This document shows, in pieces, positions 26,370-34,993 of a stretch of DNA of 64,000 nucleotides. The position numbers and the translations under genes are program-made. The first letter of the stretch is position 1. Each line of letters starts with the position of its first letter. The notes under the pieces were generated by a model that was given only the letters and a program-made list of their open reading frames with translations, searched no databases and had not been told where the DNA came from. Origin of the DNA: Candidatus Nanohaloarchaea archaeon (GTDB taxonomy: Archaea > Nanohalarchaeota > Nanosalinia > Nanosalinales > Nanosalinaceae); the NCBI GenBank assembly GCA_042218325.1, contig JBDGRE010000013.1, forward strand, positions 1 to 64,000. Direction: 5' to 3'.

Positions 26370-26579
26370 TGGACCGGCCCGGATTTGAACCGGGGATCTC
26401 CACGTTCCTGACGAACTTCTGAACTCGAAGACCGTAAAATCTTCTGTGACCAGCAACCTGAAGGTTGCGGGAGTTCGATCATCAAAAGCGGCGTTCGAGC
26501 AGAGCTCTCAACCGCTTTTGTGCGTTAGTTGGTGATTCGGTATCAGCGTGGCGCTCTAACCGAGCTAAGCTACCGGTCC
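26370..26579 (-). tRNA. tRNA-Ile(GAU) with 135-nt intron at 37/38 (26406-26540)
   Basis: Acceptor GGACCGG/CCGGTCC, CCACG-CTGATA|A-CGTGG, TTCAAAT, BHB helix CTGA/TCAG. Confidence 0.95.
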
Positions 26580-26666
26580 CTCTAATATCCCTGAACTCAG
26601 GAGCTATTTTAATAAATCGCCCTGTTTCCAGGCAGGACTTTTATTCCGGTAATTAAAAGTAACGGT

Positions 26667-27146
26667 GTGGCGCTCGACAGCTACCGGGATGAGGTCGAGG
26701 AGATAGGCTCTTCGCTTGAGTCGCACCTGTCCCGCAGCCAGGCCTACCGCATGAAGACCGCGCTCGACAGTGTGATGCCGGTCGTCCTGCTCTTGGTAGG
26801 GTTCGTACTCGTGTTCGAGTTCTTCCTCTCTATCACGCCCGCGATGGCCCGGTGGATAACCTGGGCTAACTGGGCGCTCATACTTTACTTCGCCACCCGG
26901 CTCGCGGTCGCCTATCGTCTTTCGACGAACCACGACCGGTTCATACAGCAACACTGGCTTGACATACTGCTTGTCGTACCTGTGTTCTCCGTTATGCAGG
27001 AGGCCAGGGTCGCGAAGCTGGTGCCGGCGCTCGACGACCTGCCGGTCTTCAGGCGGGGCGTACTGTACGCTTTCCAGGGAGGTACGGCCGCCGAGAACGC
27101 CGCGAAACTGACTCGTATAACACGGATAATCAAGAAGAGCGTGTGA
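26667..27146 (+). CDS. Ion-transport S1-S4-like membrane protein without pore domain
   Basis: TM helices, FIQQHWLDILLVVP, basic repeat KLTRITRIIK. Confidence 0.55.
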   Translation: MALDSYRDEVEEIGSSLESHLSRSQAYRMKTALDSVMPVVLLLVGFVLVFEFFLSITPAMARWITWANWALILYFATRLAVAYRLSTNHDRFIQQHWLDILLVVPVFSVMQEARVAKLVPALDDLPVFRRGVLYAFQGGTAAENAAKLTRITRIIKKSV

Positions 27147-27225
27147 TTTTGGTGGCTCGACAGGGTTTGAGGTCGAGAATTCAGGATTTTCTCGGACAAA
27201 TACCGTCTCAACCATTCCGAAGGAA

Positions 27226-27357
27226 TGGGCCCGACGGGATTTGAACCCGCGACAACCGGCTGTCCTTGCAAAGATCGGGATCTTCTAGGTCGACCGCCTC
27301 TTGCGAGGAACCCGACGCCTAAAAGGCCGGCGCTCTACCAGACTGAGCTACGGGCCC
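27226..27357 (-). tRNA. tRNA-Lys(UUU) with 58-nt intron at 37/38 (27262-27319)
   Basis: Acceptor GGGCCCG/CGGGCCC, CCGGC-CTTTTA|A-GCCGG, TTCAAAT, BHB helix CTTT/AAGG. Confidence 0.95.
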
Positions 27358-27432
27358 GTAGCTCATGTAACATAGTTTTCCGATAGAACTGTTTTAAACC
27401 GTTTCTCGTTTTGGAGGTCTAACGGCTATAAA

Positions 27433-27648
27433 CTACACTGTTTCCTGTTCGAACTCTCCGTGCTGCACGTTCTCCACGGAGCTGTAGGGTACGAAAACTG
27501 TCTCGGCCTGTACTTCCTGTGCCTTCTCTTCCTCGTTTATCACGTGCGGAGAATCCAGTTCGATGCCTTTCTCCTGCTGATGCAGTTGAGATCCTTCCTC
27601 GACCAGGTAGTCGCCGGTCGTCGTCAGAACTATAGCCTCGAACTTCAT
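27433..27648 (-). CDS. Small hypothetical protein
   Basis: ATGA-coupled to rpl37e; VFVPYSSVENV. Confidence 0.65.
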   Translation of the reverse strand: MKFEAIVLTTTGDYLVEEGSQLHQQEKGIELDSPHVINEEEKAQEVQAETVFVPYSSVENVQHGEFEQETV

Positions 27649-27809
27649 TTTTTCCGGGGCTTGGCGGTGTCGAAATCCTCTCGCTTAGATGTTTTCCCGA
27701 AGCCGCAGTTCGCACATACGCGCTTGCGGAGGTGCAATGACTTCTGTCCGCAGCGCCTGCACTTGCCGTGGGACTTCTTGTTTCCGTCTCCGAGTTCAGA
27801 TCCGGTCAT
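27645..27809 (-). CDS. rpl37e: 50S ribosomal protein L37e (not in ORF track)
   Basis: HGKCRRCG..SLH....CANCGFG; directly downstream of Lsm, a conserved synteny. Confidence 0.9.
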   Translation of the reverse strand: MTGSELGDGNKKSHGKCRRCGQKSLHLRKRVCANCGFGKTSKREDFDTAKPRKK

Positions 27810-27816
27810 GGTTGAC

Positions 27817-28053
27817 TCACTCCGGGCTTACAACGATGACGTTGTCTCCCCTGACGAGCAGCTTGCCGTAGTCGGTCTTCTCGCCGTCGCTCGTCCTTGA
27901 GGCGTCTTCGAGCCACATGTTGAGGTGTAGGTCGAATGCCCTGAGTTTTCCTGTAACTGTGGAACCTCCCTTGAGTTCTGCGATGACTCTGTCGCCTTTC
28001 GCCCTGTCGAGAACGTCAAGGGGTCTTTTGCCGTCGTCGTTGTCTCCCATCAA
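27817..28053 (-). CDS. Lsm/Sm-like protein
   Basis: RPLDVL, GKLRAFDLHLN, VRGDNV. Confidence 0.95.
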   Translation of the reverse strand: MMGDNDDGKRPLDVLDRAKGDRVIAELKGGSTVTGKLRAFDLHLNMWLEDASRTSDGEKTDYGKLLVRGDNVIVVSPE

Positions 28054-28170
28054 AAATGCACCTATACCAAGGCCTGCTTGAAAAAACTATATAAACCCCA
28101 CTGGGGCCTCTGCCGGGTTCTGTTCCGGTCCGGCCACTTTTTATAAAGTTTCAAGTCGCCGGAGTTGTAC

Positions 28171-28545
28171 ATGGCAGTACGACATGACCGTTCCCAGACC
28201 AAGAAGACCGGAGGCCGCACGAGGCCGTACAGGAAGACAAGGAAATACGACCACGGCTCCGAGTTCTCGGCCCCGGAGCTCGGGGAGAACAGGGTCGAAA
28301 AGAGGGACGGGCGTGGAAACACCGAGAAAAATGTTGTAAGACGCTCAGAGACGGTGAATCTTTCGGTCGACGGCGAAGTGAAGAACGTCGAAATCGAGTC
28401 CGTCGAGAAGAACCGTGCCAACCCGAACTACGTCCGTCGTTCACTTCTCACGAAGGGCACTGTCATCGAGACTTCCGAGGGCAGGGCGGTCATCACTTCG
28501 AGGCCCGGCCAGGACGGAGTGGTCAACGCGAAGTTAACCGATTAG
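28171..28545 (+). CDS. rps8e: 30S ribosomal protein S8e
   Basis: KTGGR, RGN, NPNYVRR..LTKG, SRPGQDGVVNA. Confidence 0.95.
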   Translation: MAVRHDRSQTKKTGGRTRPYRKTRKYDHGSEFSAPELGENRVEKRDGRGNTEKNVVRRSETVNLSVDGEVKNVEIESVEKNRANPNYVRRSLLTKGTVIETSEGRAVITSRPGQDGVVNAKLTD

Positions 28546-28576
28546 ACCGCGGCTCCGGTAGAATTTTACCTTTTGC

Positions 28577-29041
28577 ATGCTATCCAAGCCTATGGTGTAC
28601 GAGAACACTGCCAGGAGCGCTGTTTACACTGTCTTCGGTGGAGACATATCCGGGCTGGCGGAGAAGGTGACCGATTTCTGCCACGGCGAGTATGGCGACC
28701 GGTGCGAGTTCTATACAGTGGCTGTCGAGCGACATCACCCGGACGGGAACTCTTGGACTGTCCACGGATTCGACAGTTTCGATGAAAACGCAGCGAGAGC
28801 CGTGGAGAACCATCTCAGGGCGCGGCGGGACGTGGTCAAGCTACGTTTCGGCGCTTCCGGCACGGACTATTCGCTTGATTTCATTATCTGTCCGGCCAGG
28901 AACACAGCCCAGCTGGCTCGCTACGTGAAGAAAGAGCATCTTGAGTCTTTTCAAGACGACGATCTCGTGGTCCTCAGCGTGGAGAGAAAGCGGGGCGAGA
29001 TAGATTCCGAGCAGAGAAGGATGCTGGAGGAGCTGGAATAA
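28577..29041 (+). CDS. Hypothetical protein
   Basis: ORF with host-like codon usage. Confidence 0.55.
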   Translation: MLSKPMVYENTARSAVYTVFGGDISGLAEKVTDFCHGEYGDRCEFYTVAVERHHPDGNSWTVHGFDSFDENAARAVENHLRARRDVVKLRFGASGTDYSLDFIICPARNTAQLARYVKKEHLESFQDDDLVVLSVERKRGEIDSEQRRMLEELE

Positions 29042-29062
29042 ATAAAAACTCGAGGTGGGTCG

Positions 29063-29185
29063 CTAACCTCTTACCGTCCTTCTTACAGCCCTGAAGGGCT
29101 TGAAGAGGACGGATATCACTGACTTGCTGCTGAACTCGACCGGGATTTGGTGGCCGGTCTCGTCCACGAAATCAGTATCCATCAT
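29063..29185 (-). CDS. Possible 40-aa peptide
   Basis: MMDTDFVDETGHQIPVEF..; TATAAAA ~25 nt upstream. Confidence 0.35.
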   Translation of the reverse strand: MMDTDFVDETGHQIPVEFSSKSVISVLFKPFRAVRRTVRG

Positions 29186-29186
29186 G

Positions 29187-29363
29187 CTACCGTTCGCCTC
29201 CCAACGCTTTTATACCGTTCCCACGAGAAAGGTTTATGCCCTCTATAATGGCTTCAGCGGCGCTCTCGACCTCTTCTTCCTCGATAGATATCTCTCTCAG
29301 GGCTTCCCTCTCTTTCTTGGGCAGGTATTCCATGTGATCCTCGTAGCGGGTGATGTCTCGCAT
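29187..29363 (-). CDS. Possible 58-aa acidic protein
   Basis: MRDITRYEDHMEYLPKKEREALREISIEEEE..; TTTATAA ~25 nt upstream. Confidence 0.5.
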   Translation of the reverse strand: MRDITRYEDHMEYLPKKEREALREISIEEEEVESAAEAIIEGINLSRGNGIKALGGER

Positions 29364-29425
29364 ACTCTGCTATTCCAGCTACTCGGTTTATAAAGAATCG
29401 AAGACCGTTCCGCGAAGACCGGTAG

Positions 29426-30442
29426 TCACTCCTGGACTGTGTACTTCCGCCAGCGACCCTCTCCTTCTGTTTCGATTAAGCGGTAGTGGTCCATCTTGTT
29501 CAGGTACTTACGCAGCGTGCGGTCCACCTTCGGCTCCTCCACCTCTTCCCGGTAATGCTCGTAGAGGTCCCCGGGCTCTACGCGGCCTTCTTCCTCTATT
29601 ATGTCGTAGAGTACTTTCTGGTGGTGGTTGAGTTTGTCAAGCGACTTCGACTTGTTCTGTTTCTCAGCCTCGGGCAGCGCCTCCTCCACTACTTCCTCCT
29701 CTATCTCCTCGAGGCCCTGTGACTCTGCCTCCTCCGCCGCGATACGCAGCGAGTTGATTGCCACCCGTGCATCCCCGTCGGCACGGTTCGCGATACGGTG
29801 CAGCAGCGAAGTCTCTACGGCGCCACTTTCGAGCCCCCATTCCCTGCGGTCCTCCAGTATATCGACCAGCTCCTCGGTCGAGTACGCGGGGAAGTGTATC
29901 TCCTGCGTACCCTCCAGCGAGGAGCGGATCCGGTCGTCGAGGTTGTAAAGCGCGGTCTCCTTGTTGGCTATCATTATGAGTGCGACGTCCTCCCGTGCGA
30001 AGTCGTACAGTATCCGCTCCTCCTCGATCTGGTCGACCTCGTCCAGTATCACAACGGTCTTTCTCCGGCCGGCCTTTGTCCGGAACTTGTCCACCAGCTC
30101 GTCGGTAGGCGTACCGGTCCGGTGTATCAGGTTGACGCCGAGGTCCTGCAGCAGGTTGTAGTAGACCTTGAACCTGCTTGGATACCGCCAGCAGTTGACG
30201 CTGCCGGAAACTACCTCGGAGGAGTGCTTCTGCATCTCGTCGATGACGTACTCTGCCATAGTCGACTTCCCGGTTCCAGGAGGCCCGTACAGCAGCATGT
30301 TTCTCGGGCTGCCAGACTCCAGCAGCGGCTGCAGGTTCCGCTTTATCTCCTGCACTTGGTTGTCCCTGTGCACCATCCTCCTCGGGATGAAGCCCTCACG
30401 CAAGACGCGGGCGTCCTCGATTATCGCGTTACGGGTTCTCAC
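29426..30442 (-). CDS. cdc6: Cdc6/Orc1 family protein
   Basis: FIP..HRD, GPPGTGKS, VNC, ILDEVD, GDARVAI, C-terminal wH. Confidence 0.95.
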   Translation of the reverse strand: MRTRNAIIEDARVLREGFIPRRMVHRDNQVQEIKRNLQPLLESGSPRNMLLYGPPGTGKSTMAEYVIDEMQKHSSEVVSGSVNCWRYPSRFKVYYNLLQDLGVNLIHRTGTPTDELVDKFRTKAGRRKTVVILDEVDQIEEERILYDFAREDVALIMIANKETALYNLDDRIRSSLEGTQEIHFPAYSTEELVDILEDRREWGLESGAVETSLLHRIANRADGDARVAINSLRIAAEEAESQGLEEIEEEVVEEALPEAEKQNKSKSLDKLNHHQKVLYDIIEEEGRVEPGDLYEHYREEVEEPKVDRTLRKYLNKMDHYRLIETEGEGRWRKYTVQE

Positions 30443-30454
30443 GGAAAGACTATG

Positions 30455-30561
30455 CTTCCGCTACTTTAAAAGAGATTTACGCAGGGTTCCGCTACTTCCG
30501 CTAACAGCGGTCGTTCTGACACCTTTCAATAGGAACGGTGTGTTCCGCGACTTCCGCTAAC
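30455..30561. repeat. Iteron-like direct repeats upstream of cdc6
   Basis: GTTCCGCTACTTCCGCTAAC (30486-30505), GTTCCGCGACTTCCGCTAAC (30542-30561), CTTCCGCTACTT (30455-30466). Confidence 0.7.
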
Positions 30562-30574
30562 GGTGGTCTCTTGC

Positions 30575-31887
30575 TCAGTGCCTCGTGTTCTCCGGTAATA
30601 TGCTGCTGACCTGGCCTTCCAGCTCTTGGAGGGCATCCGGTCTTTCCCGGTCGACCTCTTCCTCGTAGGCCGTTACCAGGCCGTAGGCAGAGTAGAACGC
30701 CTCCAGTCTTTCGTATCCTAGTTCGCCGGCGTCCACTTCTCTTACCTGCGGCAGCAGCTGCTCCGCCTCGTACCTCGCGCCTTCTACAGGGTCCCGGCTC
30801 TCCAGCATCTTCAGGTGGCGCTCCACTCCTCGTGGAAGTTCGGCACCCCAAGCATTTCCAGGGAGCTTTCGATGATGCCCTCGACACCTCTCGGTGTCGT
30901 GGCGACGTTCGCCATCAGCTCCCGTGCCATCTGCCTTCCGGCCTCGTCACCGTGTTCATGCCGGAGCGCGAGATCCACGAGCGCGGCCTCGGTCATGCCG
31001 AGCGTATAGGGGTCGCTGTAGAGGCTGTCGTTGTCGCCGGAGGTATCCATGAGATACGCGAGCTTTTCAGCGAGGCCGAGGGGATCCTCTATCTCTTCCT
31101 GGAGACTCTCTACTGCCTGGAGGTCGCCCTCGAACTGGGAGAGGTCTTCGATCGATGCGCGCCTGACATCGGAGCTATACTCTTCCTGGCCCTCGGTGGT
31201 TGAGGATACATGTCTGGAAAGCTGCTTCAGTCCTGGGTTCAGAAGGTACTGGATGCTATGAGTGTATTCGTGTGTCGAGGTCCCTCTCGGGTCTATCCTG
31301 TTCCCGTCTCTCTCGAAGGGTTCTGAGAGTTCCAGTCCCGGCCCGATTTTCTTGAAGAGAACCGGTGGAAGCCGGATCTTTCGTTCACCGTAGCTGTTGA
31401 GGCGATGCCGGTTTCCGGCTCCTCTATGGCTGTTGAAAGCCCTGACGGAAGCTCGTAGTCACTGGCGGCCGAGGAGGTCATGTCTCGGACCTTCCAGTTC
31501 TTCGTGTAGCTCGCCCATGAGAAAATCGTGAAGAGTTATCTTGTACGCTTTCTTCAGGTTCCGCGGCTCCGATGTGAATCCTGGTGACGCATGGAGTACG
31601 AACTTCTCTCTTTCCTGGTCGAACTCTGTTTCTGAGAACAGCGGGGGTGAGGTATCTTTCTCGACCATTACTGGACCCGGGATGTCCAGCGAGGCTCCTA
31701 TCTCGTCATCCAGTTCCTCGACCGCCTTACTGAAGATATGCGGAAAATATCTTTCGTCGGCCTGTTCCATCTGCATGACAGGGTCGACTTTGATGCCCTC
31801 AACGTCTAAGTGTGACGCGGTACGGTCCCATTCTGGCTCGCTCTCCGGGCTGTCATCTCCGGAAAGCAACCTGGAAACCAGGTTCAT
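30575..31887 (-). pseudogene. Fragmented gene with HExxH (zincin-like) motif
   Basis: Four abutting minus-strand fragments; THEYTHSIQY near 31245-31275 in frame with 30811-31050. Confidence 0.5.
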
Positions 31888-31922
31888 GTGTTATGGGGCC
31901 CTCATAAATGTTTTAGCCTTTT

Positions 31923-33011
31923 TTAGACGTGCCGGAGGTTCAGCTCCAGTATATCCTCGTCCATCAGCTCGTGGTTCTCGCCGACTTCCTGTTTCGGGAA
32001 CTCGGCGCTGTCGCCGGTCACCCTCGCGGCCTTGAATCTATCCTTCATATCGCCGGGCAGCTCGTCGAGTGCGTCCCCGACCGTGTCGCCCTCCCTGAGG
32101 ATCAGCGGCTCGTCTTTATCGGGCTCCTCGCCCTTTTTCTTCATGTATACTCTTATGAGGCCCAGCTCGTCGAACAGGGTGTCCTTCAGCTCGTCGAGGT
32201 TCTCGCCTGTCTCCGCCGAGACCACGAGGTCGTATTCCTGCCTGTATTTTTCCTGCTCTTCGCCGCTGACGGTGTCTATCTTGTTGACCGCGGCCACCAT
32301 CGGCACGTACTTCCGGTTGTCCATCAGGCCGTCGATGAACCTGTCCACGTCAACCTGCTCCCGGATGACGACCTTTGCGTTGGTGTAGCCGTTCTGTTTC
32401 ATGACCTCGCGGATGGTCTCCTCCTCTATGTCGAGGTCAACGGTCGATGAGACCTGTATCCCTCCGCGGCCTTTTTTCTCCACCTTCATGTCGGGAGGAC
32501 TCGAGTTGACGCGGATGTCGGCCCTGTAAAGCTCTCGGGTTATCTCGTCGTACCGCATCTCCTCAGGGTCGAGCAAAACGAGCACGAGGTCGGCGTTCCT
32601 GACAACCGAGAGAACCTGCGTCCCGTCGCCACGCCCCTCTGCGGCTCCTCCTATCAGTCCGGGGACATCGAGCATCTGTATCTTTGCTCCTTTGTGATCC
32701 AGCATCCCCGGCTCGACGTCGAGCGTTGTGAACTCGTATTCGCCTGTCTCGGAGTCGGCGTTGGTTATCTCGTTGAGAAGCGTCGACTTTCCGACCGATG
32801 GAAAGCCTACGAGCGCGACGGTGGCGTCGCCCCGTTTCTTGACGGCATAGCCCGATGTGTCGCCGGTGCCTTTCTGCTTCTGCTGCTTCTCCTCCTTCAG
32901 CTCCGCGATACGGGCCTTCAAACGGCCTCGCTCGGTCTCGGTCGACTTGTTGACAGGTGTCTCCCTCAGCTTCTCCTCCAGCTCCTCTAAGCGTTCCTCG
33001 ATTCCTCCCAT
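31923..33011 (-). CDS. DRG/OBG family GTPase with TGS domain
   Basis: GFPSVGKST, YEFTTL, DVPG, NKID. Confidence 0.95.
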   Translation of the reverse strand: MGGIEERLEELEEKLRETPVNKSTETERGRLKARIAELKEEKQQKQKGTGDTSGYAVKKRGDATVALVGFPSVGKSTLLNEITNADSETGEYEFTTLDVEPGMLDHKGAKIQMLDVPGLIGGAAEGRGDGTQVLSVVRNADLVLVLLDPEEMRYDEITRELYRADIRVNSSPPDMKVEKKGRGGIQVSSTVDLDIEEETIREVMKQNGYTNAKVVIREQVDVDRFIDGLMDNRKYVPMVAAVNKIDTVSGEEQEKYRQEYDLVVSAETGENLDELKDTLFDELGLIRVYMKKKGEEPDKDEPLILREGDTVGDALDELPGDMKDRFKAARVTGDSAEFPKQEVGENHELMDEDILELNLRHV

Positions 33012-33063
33012 CTGGATAAAAAAGGCTCCGGGAAGAGTTAAAATCCTTTCAGTCCGGCAGAAT

Positions 33064-33360
33064 CTACTCTACAGGCTCGATGTTGCCGTCCCGGCCTATG
33101 TTCAGCTGGATGTCGTCCGCCCATTCCCGGACGTACGCACCGGTTATCTGGACCTCGTCACCTTCCTCGACGGCGTCGATCTCTTCCTCCCAGAGCGTCA
33201 GGTCGATATCGCCGGTATCGTCCTCGAAAGTACAGGTAACGATTTTCTTCTGGCCGTACTGGGTGGAAACTGCGCGAGGAGTAGGGAGCTCCTTGATGGT
33301 CCCCGTGATTTCGACGTCGTCGTCTTCGGGTCCGAGTTCCTCAACGGTCTTCTCTACCAT
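33064..33360 (-). CDS. Single OB-fold ssDNA-binding protein
   Basis: DDTGDIDLTLW..GDEVQI.GAYV.EW. Confidence 0.9.
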   Translation of the reverse strand: MVEKTVEELGPEDDDVEITGTIKELPTPRAVSTQYGQKKIVTCTFEDDTGDIDLTLWEEEIDAVEEGDEVQITGAYVREWADDIQLNIGRDGNIEPVE

Positions 33361-33464
33361 GATACCACGTAGAGACTATCTCTACCAGTTTTAAATTATT
33401 TCTCCTCATGTGCTTAGAGCCCGGTAACCAAGCGGTTAAAACTCTCGCGCCGCAAACACCGGGC

Positions 33465-34340
33465 ATGAAGCTGCCATGGCGGAGGAAAATCGAGGAGAAA
33501 GAGAACCGGATAGAGGAGCTCGAGCAACGGGTAGAAGAGCTGGAACAGCAGCTTGATTCCTGCCGGGAAAGGTTCGAGGCGGAGAAGGAGCGCCGCTCGG
33601 AGCTCGCCCGGAAGAAACAGGAGGCCGAGGAAGAGCTGAACCGGCTGGAGGACAGGCTTGAAACACGCGAGCATGAGGAAGAAACGCTGGAGGAAGAGGA
33701 GAAACAGCTCGAGAGCCTGGAGTTCCGGGATGCGCTCAGGCTGCTCCAGAAGCTTGCAACGGTCGAATCCCCCGAGGAAGACCTTCTCACGGTTTACTCG
33801 CCGGAGAGGGTCGACGAAGTGGATGACTTCCGCGGCCTGAAGAACGCGGTCACGCCCGGCCAGCTGGAAGAACTGGAGCAGAAGGAGTCCTTTGCGGCTT
33901 TTATCGATCCCGACCGCGAGACCGTGGTGCTGAAGACACGGCCGTTCTTCACGGACGGCTGGACGCTGGAGGACAGGTTCGATGTCTCACCGCTCCTCGA
34001 GTTCATCGAGGCCGAAAAGGTTTTTGCGCTGGTATCCGCCGGTGAAACCTCCATATACAGGGAAAGCGAGGGAGAGTACGAGGAGCTGGACCGTGTAAGT
34101 TCCCGGGTCGACCGGAAGCACTCGAAGGGCGGCTTCTCCCAGGACCGGTTCGAGCGGAAGCGGGAGGAACAGGTCGAACAGCACCTCGACGAAGTGGAGG
34201 ACGCTCTCGAGGACCGGGAAAATGTCTACCTGCTGGGCGATCGTTCTCTCTGCAAGGAGCTACCGGGCGAGTACCTCGGAGGTTTCGACCCGAACCTCGG
34301 GAAACCTGAAGTATTTTACAGTTTCCAGCAGGTTTCCTGA
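33465..34340 (+). CDS. Vms1-like (VLRF1) release-factor family protein
   Basis: N-terminal coiled coil; KHSKGGFSQDRFER. Confidence 0.85.
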   Translation: MKLPWRRKIEEKENRIEELEQRVEELEQQLDSCRERFEAEKERRSELARKKQEAEEELNRLEDRLETREHEEETLEEEEKQLESLEFRDALRLLQKLATVESPEEDLLTVYSPERVDEVDDFRGLKNAVTPGQLEELEQKESFAAFIDPDRETVVLKTRPFFTDGWTLEDRFDVSPLLEFIEAEKVFALVSAGETSIYRESEGEYEELDRVSSRVDRKHSKGGFSQDRFERKREEQVEQHLDEVEDALEDRENVYLLGDRSLCKELPGEYLGGFDPNLGKPEVFYSFQQVS

Positions 34341-34342
34341 AC

Positions 34343-34993
34343 ATGGGTGAAGAAGAGAAAATCCGGGATATTAACCAGTGGCTGCTTGACAGGTACGGCG
34401 AGCCGGAGGAACCCGCGGATATAGAGCCGGTGGAGCTTGTTATCCGGGTCATACTGTCGCAGAACACCAATGACATCAACCGCGACAAGGCCTTCCAGAA
34501 CCTGAAGGACAGGTACGGCCTCGACTACGGCGAGATAGAGAACGCAGACCTCGACGAGCTGACCGATACCATCCGGGTCGCGGGTCTCGGGCCGACGAAG
34601 GCGGAACGCATACAGGGCGCGCTGGAGATAATAAGGAAGGAATCAGGAGCTTACGAGTTGGAGTTCCTTGAGGACATGAGCGTGGAAGAGGCCAAGGACT
34701 GGCTGACGGAGATACCGGGCATCGGGCCGAAGTCCGCGGCGGTCATCCTCTGCTTCGGCTTCGGCAAACCGGTGTTCCCGGTCGACACCCACGTCCACCG
34801 CCTCTCGAAACGGTACGGTCTGGTGCCGGAGAACGCCTCAAGAGAGAAGACGCACGACATCATGGAGGAGAAGGTGCCGGACGACATCAAGTACGAGTTC
34901 CACCGCAACCTGATAGAGCACGGCCGCGAAGAATGCGCCGCGAGAAAGGAGAACTGCGACTGCACGCTGTGTGAACGCTATGGCGATGAGTAG
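34343..34993 (+). CDS. Endonuclease III / HhH-GPD glycosylase
   Basis: ILSQNT, IPGIGPKSA, FPVDTHV, C-terminal Cys cluster. Confidence 0.9.
   Translation: MGEEEKIRDINQWLLDRYGEPEEPADIEPVELVIRVILSQNTNDINRDKAFQNLKDRYGLDYGEIENADLDELTDTIRVAGLGPTKAERIQGALEIIRKESGAYELEFLEDMSVEEAKDWLTEIPGIGPKSAAVILCFGFGKPVFPVDTHVHRLSKRYGLVPENASREKTHDIMEEKVPDDIKYEFHRNLIEHGREECAARKENCDCTLCERYGDE

Larger units (their letters stand above)
23618..26380. mobile_element. ~2.8 kb islet at the 3' end of tRNA-Ile
   Basis: TGGACCGGCCC at 23618-23628 and 26370-26380; AT-rich; HNH and TA genes; no integrase. Confidence 0.6.

Noticed and set aside
30455-30561. Mini CRISPR array (20-bp repeats separated by 36 nt)
   Set aside because: Only two full copies, an internally tandem repeat, no cas genes, and a position beside cdc6 that favours binding sites.
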